DNA of 64,000 nucleotides from NCBI RefSeq assembly GCF_053078305.1, contig NZ_CP166879.1; one strand, 5' to 3'. Shown piece by piece: positions 56,801 to 64,000 of this stretch (position 1 is its first letter; each line of letters starts with the position of its first letter). The notes under the pieces were generated by a model. It saw only the letters and a program-made list of their open reading frames with translations, ran no database searches and was not told where the DNA came from. The position numbers and the translations under genes were made by a program.

Positions 56801-59800
56801 TAGTTGGCCTGACCTAATGCCGCCAGATCGCTCACCGGCACGGTTAAGGTCCAGTTGCCCGACGCGTCGGTGGTGGCGCTGTAGTTGTGACCGTTGAGCG
56901 TGACGGTGACCTGCGCGCCCGTCGCCAGCCCCGTACTGCCGCCGCTGATGGTCAACGGCTGGCCTTTTTCATCAGCGTTCAGGACGTTATCGCCGCTGAT
57001 GGCGTTAAAAGTAATGGTCGGCAGCCCGGTATTGACCGTCACCTGATGCGTGGCGCTGCCGCTGTTACCGGCGACATCGGTGACGCTGGCGTTAATGGTC
57101 ACCGTGCCGTTCGCCAGTGCCGAGACGACGCTTGCCGGAACGCCGACGCTCCAGTTGCCGCTGGCATCCAGCACCGTGGTGAAAGTATTTGTGCCGATAG
57201 TCACCGTCACGGTGCTACCGGTTGCCGCACCCGTGGCGGATCCGCTGATGATCTGTGCCTGGGCGTGTTCCGTCGCGTTGATCACATCATCGCCTGCCAC
57301 CGTGTTGATGGTGACGACCGGAACAGAAGTATCCACCGTCAGGTTGTGGTTAACCGAGGCCGGGTTTCCGGCTTTGTCGTTCACCGCCGCGCTCACGGTG
57401 TAGTTGCTGGCGGTCAGGGCGCTTACGTCGGCTTGCGGCACACTGACGCTCCAGCTACCGTCCGTTTGAACCGTGCCAGTATAGTTTTCGCCATTGAGGG
57501 TGACGGTCACCGTCTGCCCCGCTTCCGCCGTGCTGCTGCCAGTGATGGTCAGCGCCGCTCCGGCTTCGGCGGCGTTAAGAATGTCGTCGCCCGCAATGGT
57601 GTTAATGGTCACCGTTGGCGCGCTGGCATCGACGCTGTAAGCGTGAGTAGTGGTGGCGCTGTTGCCGTTAACATTGCTGACGCTGGCCTGTGCGCTGGCA
57701 TCGCCATCACGCAGGGCCGCCATATCTGCCGCCGGAACCGTGGTGCTCCAGGAACCGTTCGTCGCCACGCTTGCAGTGTAGGTTTTTCCGCCAAAGTTCA
57801 CGGTGACCGTTTGCCCGGCTTCGACGCCAGAGGTGCTGCCGGAGAGCGTTAACGCCGCGCCTTTTTCAGCGGCGTTAATCACATCATCGACGGTAATGGC
57901 GTTGATGCTGACCGCCACCGCCGTGAGATCGACAGTCACCGGATGCGTAACGCTCACCGGGTTTCCGGCGGTGGTGTTGCCGCTGGCTGTAATCGTGACC
58001 GTCCCCGCAGGCCAGGCGCTGACATCTGCCGCCGGAATGCCGACGCTCCATGAGCCATCCGCCAGCACTGCCGCAACATAGGTTTGCCCGTTTATGGTCA
58101 GCGTGACGTTGCTGCCCGCTGCCAGATCGGAGCTGCTGCCGGTAATCACCAGCGCCTGCCCGTGCTCGATAATATTAACCACATCATCGCCCGCCACGGC
58201 GTCGACCCGCAGACCGGGGAGATTCGCGTCGATGGTGATTTCGCGCGTGCCGTTACCTGTATTGCCCACGCTGTTCGTTACCGAGGCCGAAATGGTCAGT
58301 TCGCCGTTGCCCAACGCCTGTAGCGCGGAGGCCGGAACATCGACGCTCCAGCTTAAATTCGCCTGCACCGTGGCAGTGTAAGTCGCCCCGCCGAGCGTAA
58401 CGGTCACCGTGTCGCCTGCCGCCGCGCCCGTCGCCTGCCCGCTGATGCTCTGGCCCGCGCCCGCTTCGGCAGCGTTAATAATATCGTCGCTCGCCACCAC
58501 GTTAATGGTGACGCCCGGCAGCGCGGTATTAACCTGCACGTTATGGCTGGCGGAACCACTGTTGCCATCAGAGTCAGTAGCGGCGGCGGTCACCGTGTAA
58601 GTGGCTTCACCGAGGGCGCTCACCCGTGACGCCGGAACGGTCACGCTCCAGTTCCCGGATGCATCGGCTGTGGTGGTGTAATTTTGCCCGTTGAGCGTAA
58701 CGGTTATCTGCGTACCCGCTAGCTGGTTGCTGCTGCCGGAAATCGCCAGATCCGCGCCTTTCTCGGTGGCGTTGATGATATCGTCGACGGCAATGGTGTT
58801 AATGCCGAGTATCGGCGCGCCGAGCGCCACGGTGACAGTGTGCGAGGCCGTGCCGCTGTTGCCTGCGGAGTCGGTAACCGTGGCGGTAATGGTCACATCG
58901 CCCTGCGCCAGCGCGGAAATGACACTGGCAGGCACGCCGATGCTCCAGTTGCCGTTGGCGTCCAGCACGGTGGTGTAGGTGGTCGTACCAATCGTCACGG
59001 AAACCGTGTTACCGGTCGTCGCCCCCGTTGCCGAGCCGCTGATAATTTGCGCCTGTCCGTGTTCTGTGGCGTTAATGACGTCGTCGCTTGCTACCGTGTT
59101 GATGGTAACGACCGGAGCAACGAGATCTACCGTCAGGTTATGCGTTGCCGAAGCCGGGTTACCGGCTTTGTCGCTGACCGAGGCGTTAACGGTATACGAG
59201 CTGGCGGTAAGGTTAGCTAAATCCCCGGTCGGGACGCTGACGCTCCAGCTTCCATCTGCCTGCACATTGCCGCTGTAATTAACACCGTTTAGCGTTACGG
59301 TCACCGTCTGCCCGGCTTCCGCCGTGCTGGTGCCGCTGATGGTCAGCGCCGATCCCGCTTCGGCGGCGTTAAGAATATCGTCCGTGGCGATGGTGTTGAT
59401 GGTAACGGAGGGCGCAGTGGCATCAACGCTGTAAGCATGCGTTGCCTGGGCGCTGTTCCCTGCGACATTGCTGACGCTGGCCTGGACGTTTGCTGCGCCG
59501 TCTGGCAAGGTTGCAACATCGGCGGCAGGGATCGTCAGCCCCCAGGTATTATCCGCGGCAACCGTGGTGGTGTAGCTTTTGCCGCCGAAGATAACAGTGA
59601 TGGTTTGCCCCGCTTCCACATCGGAGGTGGTGCCGGAGAGCTGCAAATCGCTGCCTTTTTCGGCGGCGTTAATCACATCGTCAGTGGAAAGGGTGTTGAT
59701 GGTAATCGCCACGGCTGCGAGATCGACGGTCACCGGATGGGTAATACTGGTTGTCGTTCCGGCGGTGTTGGTGCCAGAGACGGCAATATTGACCGTCCCC

Positions 59801-62800
59801 GCAGGCCAGTTTGTGACATCTGCCGCCGGAACACCGACGCTCCAGGTGCCATCGGCGAGTACCGTTGCGCCATAGGTGACGCCGTTGATAACTACCGTCA
59901 ACGCCGCCCCCGCCGCCAGTCCGGTACTGCTACCGGTGACCACCAGTGCCTGAACGTGCTCAATGCTGTTAATCACATCATCGCCTGCCACGGTATCGAC
60001 CCGTAGACCTGGCAGATTGGCATCTATCACGATATCGTGCGTTGTGGTGCCGGTATTATTTGCGGAATTGGTCACCGAGGCGCTGATGGTCAGTTCACCG
60101 TTGCCCAGCGCTTGCAAAACGTTCGCAGGTACGCTGACGCTCCAGCTTAAATCTGGCTGTACGGTGGCGTTATATTGATTGCCGCCAATGGTGACAATCA
60201 CCGTATTCCCGGCAACCGCCGTTCCCGTGACCTGACCGCTGATGGTCTGCGCCACAACGATTTCAGCGGCGTTGATAATGTCATCGCCCGCAACGGTATT
60301 AATGATCACCCCAGGCAGGAGCGATTCGACATTCACCGTATGGGTGGTGCTGCCGCTGTTGCCCGCGCTGTCGGTGGCGCTGGCGCTAATCTGATACACC
60401 GCCTCACCCAGTGCGCCGACCGCCGAAGCAGGCACGGTAACGCTCCAGTTGCCGGAACTATCGGTGGTGGCGCTGTACGCCAGGCCGTTCAACATCACGG
60501 TGACCGTGGTGCCGCTTGTCAGGCCGCTGGAGCCGCCGCTGATGGTCAGATCCTGGGTTTTCTCCGCATTATTAATAATGTCATCGCCGGAGACGATACT
60601 GATGGTCAACGTCGGGCCGCTGAGATCAACGGTCACATTATGGGTAGTGCTGTCGCTGTTGCCCGCGCGATCGCTCAGGCTGGCGGTGATCGTCTGGCTA
60701 CCGGTCGCCAGCGCCGTAACATCCGCCGCCGGAATACCCACGCTCCAGTTACCGGAGGCGTCCAGCGTGGTGGTGTAGTTTTTACCGTTCAGGTTAACCG
60801 TGACCACATCACCCGCCGCCGCGCCCGTACTGGTGCCGCTGACCACCAACGCCTGACCATGTTCGATGGCGTTGATAATGTCATCGCCCGCGACGGTGTT
60901 AATGGTGAGATCCGGCGCAGTGATATCTACCGCCAGCGCGTGGTCGGCGCTTGCCGGGTTACCCGCTTTGTCGCTCACCGTCGCAGTCACGGTATAGCTG
61001 CTGGCGGTCAGCCCGCTTAAATCCGTTGCCGGAACATTCACGCTCCAGGTGCCATCCGCCTGAACGGTGGTCTGGTACGTGTTGTTATTGAGCGTGACGG
61101 TCAGCGTCTGCCCGGCCTGCGCCGTGGTGGTGCCGCTGATGGCGATCTCCGCGCCCGCTTCACTCACGTTGAGAATATCGTCGCTGGCGATGGTGTTGAT
61201 GGTCACAAGCGGCGCGGTGGCATCGACGCTGTACGCACGATCGGCCTGGGCGCTGTTACCGTTAATATTGCTGACACTCGCCTGCACGTTGCCCGCGCCG
61301 TCCGGCAGGGCAGCGAGATCGGCTGGCGGCACATTCACCGTCCAGCTACCGTTAGCTTCCACAGTAGTGGTATAATTTTTACCGCCAAAGGTGACGGTCA
61401 CCGTCTGCCCTGCTTCCACGCCGCTGGTGCTGCCACTTACGACCAGCGTTTCGCCTTTTTCAACGGCGTTGATCACATCATCGCCGGAAAGGGTGTTAAT
61501 GGTGATGGCAACCCCAGCCAGATCGACGGTGACCGGATGGGTAATGGTGGAGGTTGTTCCGGCGCTGTTGGTGCCGCTTACCGTAATATCCACCGTACCC
61601 GCAGGCCAGTTGCTGACGTCTGCCGCCGGAACGCCGAGGCTCCATGTGCCGTCGGCTAACACCGTGGCAGCGTAAGTGACGTTGTTAATCACGACCGTTA
61701 ACGCCGTTCCCGCCGTTAATCCGCTGCTGCTCCCGTTGATCACCAGCGCCTGACTGTGCTCAATGCTGTTAATCACATCATCACCCGCCACGGTATCGAC
61801 CCGTAAACCAGGCAGATTGGCATCGATAGTGATATCGCGCGAGCCGCTGCCGGTGTTGCCCACGCCATTGGTGACCAAGGCATTAATTGTCAGGTCGCCG
61901 TTACCCAGCGCCTGAATATCCGCCGCCGGAACGCTGACACTCCAGCTTAAATTAGCCTGCACCGTGGCGGTGTAGGTGTTGCCGCCCAGCGTCACGGTAA
62001 CGGTATCTCCCGCCGCGGCCCCCGTCACCTGGCCGCTGATGGTTTGCGCATTGTCCGACTCGTCGGCATTGATAATATCGTCAGTCGCCACCGCGTTAAT
62101 GGTGACGGCAGGCAAGGCGCTGTTGACCAGCACATTATGACTGGCGGAATTACTGTTGCCTGCCGTATCAGTGACGTTTGCCGTTACCGTGTAGTTAGCT
62201 TCACCCAATGCGCTAACTGCCGAGGCTGGCACCGTGGCGCTCCAGTTGCCGGAAGCATCTGTGGTGGCGGTGTAATTTTGCCCGTTCAGCGTCACCGTTA
62301 TCGTGGTGCCCGCTGGCTGATTACTGGTACCGGTAATTTGCAGATCCGCGCCTTTTTCCGTGGCGTTAATTACGTCATCCGTGGCGATAGTGTTGATACC
62401 AATGGTTGGCGCGGTCAGATTCACGGTGACCGTGCGGCTGGCGTCATCGCTGTTGCCTGCCGCGTCGGTAATTGCCGCAGTGATGGTATGCGGGCCGCTG
62501 CCAAGCGCGGTGACATCTGACAGCGGAACGCCGACGCTCCAGTTGCCGGAGGCGTCCAGCGTCGTGGTGTAGGTTTTACTGTTTAACGTGACGGTGATGA
62601 CATCGCCCGCTTCGCCGCCAGTGCTGGAACCGGAAATCACCAGCGCCTGCCCGTGTTCGGCGGCGTTAATAATGTCATCGCCGGAGACGGTGTTAATAGT
62701 CAGCACCGGTACGGTGAGATCCACCGCCAGCCCGTGGTTAGCGGACGCCGGGTTACCCGCTTTATCGCTTACCGAGGCGCTGACGGTGTACTGGCTGGCG

Positions 62801-64000
62801 GTCAGATTGCTGAGATCCGTTGTCGGCACACTGACGCTCCAGTTCCCGTCCGCCTGGACGGTGCCGGTGTAAGTCACACCATTAAGGGTGACGGTCACCG
62901 TCTGCCCCGCTTCGGCGGTGCTGCTGCCGCTGATGGTTAGCGGATTGCCCGCCTCGGCGGCGTTCAGAATATCGTCGGTGGCGATGGTGTTAATGGCAAG
63001 CGTCGGGGGCGTGGCATCGACGCTGTAGGCGTGGGTTGCCGAAGCCGTGTTGCCGTTAATAGTGCTGACGCTCGCCTGTACCGTGGCGTCGCCGTCGCGT
63101 AACACGCTGAGATCGGCGGCGGGTACGCTGGTTGTCCAGCTGCCATCGCCTGCTACGGTGGCGGTATAGGTTTTCCCGCCAAAGGTGACGGTGACGGTTT
63201 GCCCCGCTTCCACGCCGGAGGTGCTGCCGGAAAGGGTTAAATCTGCCCCTTTTTCGGCGGCGTTAATCACATCGTCGCCGGAAACGGTGTTAATGGAGAT
63301 CGCAACCGCTGCCAGATCGACGGTGACTGGATGGGTGATAGTCGTAGTTGTTCCGGCGGTGTTAGTGCCGCTTACCGTAATATTCACCGTACCCGCAGGC
63401 CAGTTGCCCACATCTGCTGCCGGAACACCAACGCTCCATGTGCCATCGGCTAAAACTGTTGCAGCGTAAGTGACCGTGTTAATCGCCACCGTCAGCGCCG
63501 CGCCCGCCGCCAGCCCGCTGCTGCTACCGGTTATCACCAGCGCCTGAGCGTGCTCGATGCTATTGACCACATCATCGCCCGCCACGGTATCAACGCGCAG
63601 GCCAGGCAGGTTGGCGTCGATAGTAATATCTCGCGAACCGCTGCCGGTATTGCCAACGCCGTTGGTCACTGAGGCGTTAACAGTCAGGTCGCCATTACCG
63701 ATGGCCTGAATATCCGCCGCCGGAACGTCCACGCTCCAGCTTAAATTCCCTTGCACGGTAGCCGTGTAGGTTTTCCCGCCAAGCGTTACGGTAACCGTAT
63801 CGCCCGCCGCCGCGCCCGTCACCTGGCCGCTGATGGTCTGCGCCACGCCCGATTCGGCGGCGTTAATAATATCGTCGGTCGCCACTGGATTAATGATGAC
63901 GCCAGGCAGCGCGGTATTGACCTGCACGTTATGGCTGGCGGAATTGCTGTTGCCCGCGCTGTCGGTGACGCTCGCCGTCACCGTGTAACTGGCTTCGCCC
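47842..64000 (-). CDS. Giant repetitive type I-secreted adhesin (Ig-like repeats, FG-GAP-like propeller, RTX repeats, C-terminal signal); 5' end beyond the window
   Basis: Open frame of more than 16.1 kb (over 5,379 codons) with no stop, running off the window end. Dozens of roughly 100 aa T/V/A/G/D/N-rich Ig-like modules; DxDxDG loops; GGxGxD nonapeptides; stop TAG at 47842-47844. Confidence 0.9.
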   Translation of the reverse strand, partial: GEASYTVTASVTDSAGNSNSASHNVQVNTALPGVIINPVATDDIINAAESGVAQTISGQVTGAAAGDTVTVTLGGKTYTATVQGNLSWSVDVPAADIQAIGNGDLTVNASVTNGVGNTGSGSRDITIDANLPGLRVDTVAGDDVVNSIEHAQALVITGSSSGLAAGAALTVAINTVTYAATVLADGTWSVGVPAADVGNWPAGTVNITVSGTNTAGTTTTITHPVTVDLAAVAISINTVSGDDVINAAEKGADLTLSGSTSGVEAGQTVTVTFGGKTYTATVAGDGSWTTSVPAADLSVLRDGDATVQASVSTINGNTASATHAYSVDATPPTLAINTIATDDILNAAEAGNPLTISGSSTAEAGQTVTVTLNGVTYTGTVQADGNWSVSVPTTDLSNLTASQYTVSASVSDKAGNPASANHGLAVDLTVPVLTINTVSGDDIINAAEHGQALVISGSSTGGEAGDVITVTLNSKTYTTTLDASGNWSVGVPLSDVTALGSGPHTITAAITDAAGNSDDASRTVTVNLTAPTIGINTIATDDVINATEKGADLQITGTSNQPAGTTITVTLNGQNYTATTDASGNWSATVPASAVSALGEANYTVTANVTDTAGNSNSASHNVLVNSALPAVTINAVATDDIINADESDNAQTISGQVTGAAAGDTVTVTLGGNTYTATVQANLSWSVSVPAADIQALGNGDLTINALVTNGVGNTGSGSRDITIDANLPGLRVDTVAGDDVINSIEHSQALVINGSSSGLTAGTALTVVINNVTYAATVLADGTWSLGVPAADVSNWPAGTVDITVSGTNSAGTTSTITHPVTVDLAGVAITINTLSGDDVINAVEKGETLVVSGSTSGVEAGQTVTVTFGGKNYTTTVEANGSWTVNVPPADLAALPDGAGNVQASVSNINGNSAQADRAYSVDATAPLVTINTIASDDILNVSEAGAEIAISGTTTAQAGQTLTVTLNNNTYQTTVQADGTWSVNVPATDLSGLTASSYTVTATVSDKAGNPASADHALAVDITAPDLTINTVAGDDIINAIEHGQALVVSGTSTGAAAGDVVTVNLNGKNYTTTLDASGNWSVGIPAADVTALATGSQTITASLSDRAGNSDSTTHNVTVDLSGPTLTISIVSGDDIINNAEKTQDLTISGGSSGLTSGTTVTVMLNGLAYSATTDSSGNWSVTVPASAVGALGEAVYQISASATDSAGNSGSTTHTVNVESLLPGVIINTVAGDDIINAAEIVVAQTISGQVTGTAVAGNTVIVTIGGNQYNATVQPDLSWSVSVPANVLQALGNGELTISASVTNSANNTGTTTHDIVIDANLPGLRVDTVAGDDVINSIEHVQALVVTGSSTGLAAGAALTVVINGVTYGATVLADGTWSVGVPAADVTNWPAGTVNIAVSGTNTAGTTTSITHPVTVDLAAVAITINTLSTDDVINAAEKGSDLQLSGTTSDVEAGQTITVIFGGKSYTTTVAADNTWGLTIPAADVATLPDGAANVQASVSNVAGNSAQATHAYSVDATAPSVTINTIATDDILNAAEAGSALTISGTSTAEAGQTVTVTLNGVNYSGNVQADGSWSVSVPTGDLANLTASSYTVNASVSDKAGNPASATHNLTVDLVAPVVTINTVASDDVINATEHGQAQIISGSATGATTGNTVSVTIGTTTYTTVLDANGNWSIGVPASVISALAQGDVTITATVTDSAGNSGTASHTVTVALGAPILGINTIAVDDIINATEKGADLAISGSSNQLAGTQITVTLNGQNYTTTADASGNWSVTVPASRVSALGEATYTVTAAATDSDGNSGSASHNVQVNTALPGVTINVVASDDIINAAEAGAGQSISGQATGAAAGDTVTVTLGGATYTATVQANLSWSVDVPASALQALGNGELTISASVTNSVGNTGNGTREITIDANLPGLRVDAVAGDDVVNIIEHGQALVITGSSSDLAAGSNVTLTINGQTYVAAVLADGSWSVGIPAADVSAWPAGTVTITASGNTTAGNPVSVTHPVTVDLTAVAVSINAITVDDVINAAEKGAALTLSGSTSGVEAGQTVTVNFGGKTYTASVATNGSWSTTVPAADMAALRDGDASAQASVSNVNGNSATTTHAYSVDASAPTVTINTIAGDDILNAAEAGAALTITGSSTAEAGQTVTVTLNGENYTGTVQTDGSWSVSVPQADVSALTASNYTVSAAVNDKAGNPASVNHNLTVDTSVPVVTINTVAGDDVINATEHAQAQIISGSATGAATGSTVTVTIGTNTFTTVLDASGNWSVGVPASVVSALANGTVTINASVTDVAGNSGSATHQVTVNTGLPTITFNAISGDNVLNADEKGQPLTISGGSTGLATGAQVTVTLNGHNYSATTDASGNWTLTVPVSDLAALGQANYTVSASATSAAGNTASSQANLLVDSGLPDVTINTVAGDDIINAAEAGADQTISGVVTRAAAGDTVTVTLGGNTYTAEVQPDLSWSISVPAADLQALGNGDLTITASVTNANGNTGSGTRDITIDANLPGLRVDTVAGDDIVNSIEHGQAQVITGGSSGLNAGAVLTVTINSVAYSATVQADGSWSVGIPAANVSAWPAGALTVDVAGQSSAGNPVSVSHPFTVDLTAVAISINTVASDDVINAAEKGTGLTLSGSTSGIESGQTVTVTFGGKTYTAIVAANGSWSVTVPAADLAALPDGAANVQASVSSASGNSASATHAYSVDASAPTLTINTIASDDILNAAEAGSPLTISGTSTAETGQTVTVTLNGATYTGTVQADGSWSVSVPTSALGALTASNYTVSATVNDKAGNPGSASHNLAVDTTAPVLTINTVAGDDIINDAEHAQALVISGTSTGGEAGDVVSVVLNGKTYTTTLDASGNWSVGVPAADVAALGSGAQTITASVSDRAGNSDDASRTVTVSLSAPVISINTIAGDDVINATEKGSDLALSGTSDQPAGTAITVTLNGQNYSATTDASGNWSVTVPASAVSALGEATYSVTASVTNAQGNSSTASHNVQVNTALPGITINPVATDDIINASEAGSAQTISGQVTGAAAGSTVTVELGGKTYTATVQADLSWNVSVPAADWQALGNGELTVNASVTNAVGNTGSGTRDITIDASLPGLRVDTVAGDDVVNIIEHAQAQVITGSSSGFAAGTALTVVINNQTYAATVLANGSWSVGVPAADVSNWPAGTLNITVSGANSAGTQTSITHPLTVDLTTVAISINAITPDDVINAAEKGAALMLSGSTSGVEAGQTVTVTFGGKTYTSTVAANGSWSTTVPAADLAALRDGDASAQVRVTNVNGNSATATHEYSVDSAAPTVTINTIASDNIINASEAAAGVTVSGTSTAQTGQTLTVTLNGTNYQTTVQADGSWSLTLPASDLTALANNGYTLTATVSDLAGNPGSASKGVTVDTTAPVISFNTVAGDDVINNVEHTQAQIISGTATGAVAGDRLVVTIAGQQYVTSTDASGNWSVGVPASVISGLADGTVTISATITDSAGNSSTQTHNVQVNTAAVSLSVSTISGDNIINAAEAGSALTLSGTGTNFATGTVVTVLLNGKGYSAAIQSNGSWSVNVPAADVAALADGTSYTVSASAQDSAGNSATASRSVTVDLTAPVISINTVSTDDRLNAAEQQQPLTLNGSTSAEVGQTVTVIFGGKTYTATVAANGTWALNVPAADLASLGQGAQTITASVNDRAGNPGQTTHALTVDTVAPTVTIATVAGDDIINNAEQLAGQTISGTTTAEVGQTVTVTFNGQTWTTTVGSGGSWSVFIPAQQFAGLSDGSYTISATVSDQAGNPGSASRGVTLNGDVPTVTINTFAGDDVVNAAEHGSSLVISGTTTAPVGQTLTLTLNGKTYTTTVQTGGSWSYTLGSADVTALADGNAYVINASVSNAIGNTGSSNHTITVDLSAPAMGINIDSLQADTGLSASDFITSVSPVVVNGSLTAALASNETAQISIDGGTTWTTLTVTGTTWRYNDSRTLTDGNYLYQVRVIDAAGNVGATDSQNVVIDTTAPDPAVKTIAISAITTDTGLITNDFVTSDTTLAVSGTLGATLSAGEFAQISIDGGTTWQNLSVSGLTWSYLDGRTLTDGNYNYQVRVIDTAGNIGATASQIVTVDTTAPLASKTIAIASISDDTGLSSSDFVTRDTTLTVRGTLGAALAADERAQISLDGGVTWTTLTVIGTSWSYADGRTLTDGTWNYTVRVVDLAGNVGQTATQNVVVDTTSPEAAKSITITGISDDTGTSSSDFITSDTTLTVRGVLGAALGANEFAQISTDNGATWVNVTLAADGLNWSYVDGRTLTNGTTTWQVRVVDLAGNVGATGSQSAQIDTVNPAQVLTIASISTDTGSSATDFITSDTTLTLTGSLGAGLASGEVAQISLDSGATWITLTTNGTQWTYTDSRTLTDGSYVYQVRVLDLAGNTGPVVSKTVVVDTINPTATPTIVSYTDDVGQRQGTLSSSQATDDTTPLLNGVLSAPLASGEVVYLYRNGLLLGAVTMVGALNWTYSDSGLVSGAYTYSARVVDLAGNITSSSDFVLTVDTSIPTTLAQITSQTTRDTTPIISGVITAALASGQYVEVVINGKTYTSEPGGAVVVDPAHNTWYVQLPDTDALTVSATAYTVTAQVKSSAGNGNNANISNGTVTVNAAIDYTPTWTTASKTTAWGLTYGLDSHGMWTVLANQQVMQSTDPLTWSKTALTLYQSGNNYATSSIADYDRNGTGDLFITRDDYGTGYINGFTNNGDGTFSSAIQVTVGTLTWYGSIVAFDKEGDGYLDFWIGDAGGPDSNTFLWNNAGTLVGNSTTSNSGGSATVGGAVTGYLSLNEGSGVDLNNDGRIDLVQHTYNLNNYYTLSSLINQGNGTFVWGQNTTNTFLSGAGSGAMSSSVSMTWADFDGDGDMDLFLPASQGRANYGSLLFNTNGVLGSPVAVGATATTYASQFSLAVDWNHDGLMDIARIAQTGQSYLYTNVGGASNWTQSALGGSQSGTTSGVAAMDYDWDGAVDVLVTKQSGSVFLIRNTNTVSYGTSLHLRITDPNGINVYYGNTVKLYNSAGVLVATQIINPQSGMGVNDTSALVNFYGLNAGETYNAVLIKSTGTTASNIDQTVNTSWGGLQATDATHAYDLSAEAGTASNNGKFVGTGYNDTFFATAGTDTYDGSGGWVYSSGTGTWLANGGMDVVDFRLSTVGVTANLSSTAAQATGFNTSTFTNIEGISGSNFNDTLTGSSGDNQLEGRGGNDTLNIGNGGHDTLLYKLLNASDATGGNGSDVVNGFTVGTWEGTADTDRIDIRELLQGSGYTGNGKASYVNGVATLDAQAGNIGDFVKVTQSGSDTIVQIDRDGTGGTFATTNVVTLTGVHTDLATLLANHQLMVV
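52250..64000 (-). repeat. Tandem array of roughly 300 bp Ig-like domain repeats organised in roughly 1.8 kb super-repeats (at least 6 copies)
   Basis: Six cognate domain types recur in fixed order; antisense artefact ORFs with near-identical sequences recur at 54194, 55988, 57803, 59579, 61391 and 63185 (spacing 1776-1815 bp). Confidence 0.8.

Noticed and set aside
47860-63500. Many plus-strand ORFs of 60-350 aa (e.g. 49435-50478, 56887-57852, 60175-61020) inside the giant adhesin region
   Set aside because: Antisense to a continuous 16 kb minus-strand frame; they are low-complexity, recur with the repeat period, and are the expected artefact of GC-rich repetitive coding DNA.
47842-64000. 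Possible CRISPR array suggested by the highly regular repeats
   Set aside because: Repeat units are 300-1800 bp, protein-coding in one continuous frame, with no short direct repeats separated by unique spacers and no cas genes.

Overview
This window is an Escherichia coli-type chromosomal segment, in reverse orientation relative to the K-12 map as I recall it. All calls rest on reading the supplied six-frame translations and the raw sequence; no searches were run, and K-12 comparisons are from memory. Core backbone (about 1-26.2 kb and 32.3-40.7 kb): a partial ybcI-like 3' end, cysS, ppiB, lpxH, purE-purK, ybcF-ylbF-ylbE-fdrA, allDCE, the gcl-hyi-glxR-ybbW-allB-ybbY-glxK operon, allR, allA, allS, selU, then ybbP-ybbA, tesA, ybbO, cnoX(ybbN), fetB-fetA, qmcA-ybbJ. 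Accessory content: (1) a PAAR-Rhs polymorphic toxin with an overlapping membrane-anchored immunity ORF, followed by an rhs 5' remnant and a truncated transposase (26.2-31.9 kb); (2) a 3.2 kb island between ybbJ and cueR carrying a small HTH-like protein, a trimeric-autotransporter-like adhesin with a 369 bp tandem duplication, and a lipoprotein plus small membrane protein pair (40.9-44.1 kb); (3) a type I secretion locus (HlyD-family adaptor, HlyB-type ABC exporter, and a giant adhesin of more than 5,379 aa that runs off the window end) on the minus strand, with cueR translationally coupled to its 3' end (44.1-64.0 kb). The T1SS-adhesin-cueR operon is the strongest candidate for an uncharacterised system. 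No rRNA, tRNA or CRISPR array was recognised.
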